This document shows, piece after piece, positions 14,907-15,381 of a DNA stretch of 15,381 bases. The notes under the pieces are model-generated. The model saw nothing but the letters and a program-made list of their open reading frames with translations. It did no database searches and had not been told where the DNA came from. The position numbers were made by a program, and so were the translations under genes. Each line of letters opens with the position of its first letter. The first letter of the stretch is position 1. The stretch is from an uncultured bacterium (GTDB taxonomy: Bacteria > Abyssobacteria > SURF-5), in NCBI GenBank assembly GCA_964510165.1, contig CAZEBC010000074.1, positions 2,042 to 17,422 on the forward strand, given 5' to 3'.

Positions 14907-15381
14907 GTCTCCGTTTCTCCATCTGCGTCGAGATGCTCTTTCCAGAGCTTTCTCTCATGGAACGTCTCGAGAAAGTCGCCGCTTCAGGGTTCACCGCCGT
15001 CGAGTTCTGGGATTGGAAGGATAAGCCGCTCGATGCGGTCGCGCAAGCATGCGCCTCTTTGGGACTGAGCGTCACCAACATGAGCGGCCACCGGGGTGGC
15101 TCTCTGCTCGATCCCAATGAGTTCGAGGGATACAAACGGGAAGTCGTCGCTTCGATAGCCGCTGCCAAGAAGCTCTCGTGCAGAAACCTGATGCTCCTCA
15201 CCAATCCGCTCGGCCCCGGAGGCGCGGTGCTGAATTCCTATCCCGCCATCCCCGGGCGGATGAAAAGAGAGAATTGCATTACGGCCCTCTCGCGATTGGG
15301 TCCTGTCGCGGCCGACCATGGAATGCAGTTCCTGCTCGAGCCCCTCAACACGCGCATTGACCATCCGGGCTACTGGCTCGA
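14903..15381 (+). CDS. Hydroxypyruvate isomerase-like / xylose isomerase-like TIM-barrel protein, 3'-truncated
   Basis: ATGA overlap with the ADH stop. The frame is open to the edge: MSLRFSICVEMLFPELSLMERLEKVAASGFTAVEFWDW...QFLLEPLNTRIDHPGYWL. GF.AVEF and LEPLN...HPGY are characteristic of the Hyi family. Missing from the ORF track because it is truncated. Confidence 0.88.
   Translation, partial: MSLRFSICVEMLFPELSLMERLEKVAASGFTAVEFWDWKDKPLDAVAQACASLGLSVTNMSGHRGGSLLDPNEFEGYKREVVASIAAAKKLSCRNLMLLTNPLGPGGAVLNSYPAIPGRMKRENCITALSRLGPVAADHGMQFLLEPLNTRIDHPGYWL

Noticed and set aside
12776..15364. Minus-strand ORFs 12776-13516, 13893-14678 and 14984-15364
   Set aside because: They are antisense to the clearly supported AKR, ADH and Hyi-like genes.
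1..15381. CRISPR array, tRNA/rRNA, transposase, integrase or prophage genes
   Set aside because: I saw no regularly spaced repeats, RNA-gene signatures or mobile-element protein motifs. The repeats found are short, dispersed and degenerate.

Overview
GC-rich bacterial chromosomal segment with 11 complete protein-coding genes and two genes cut by the window edges. From left to right: a partial minus-strand ORF, DNA polymerase IV (dinB), a 4-TM membrane protein with two c-type heme motifs, and a divergent GT-C glycosyltransferase with C-terminal TPRs. Next is a minus-strand operon of 2-oxoacid dehydrogenase E1-alpha, E1-beta and E2 plus an NAD-type isocitrate/isopropylmalate-family dehydrogenase, with no E3 in the window. 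An MMPL/RND transporter and an extended SDR follow on the minus strand. The window ends with a divergent operon: aldo/keto reductase-ferredoxin fusion, Zn-dependent dehydrogenase and a partial Hyi-like TIM-barrel isomerase. No RNA genes, transposases or CRISPR arrays were seen. The intergenic DNA holds a perfect 30-bp GTAG-type REP-like palindrome with degenerate relatives, three co-oriented copies of a short CTT-based periodic repeat, a ~60-nt hairpin upstream of the cytochrome gene and several sigma70-like promoters. The most interesting hypothesis is that the alpha2beta2-type E1, the SucB-like E2 and the IDH form a non-canonical isocitrate -> 2-oxoglutarate -> succinyl-CoA module. All protein assignments come from motif recognition by eye, not database searches.
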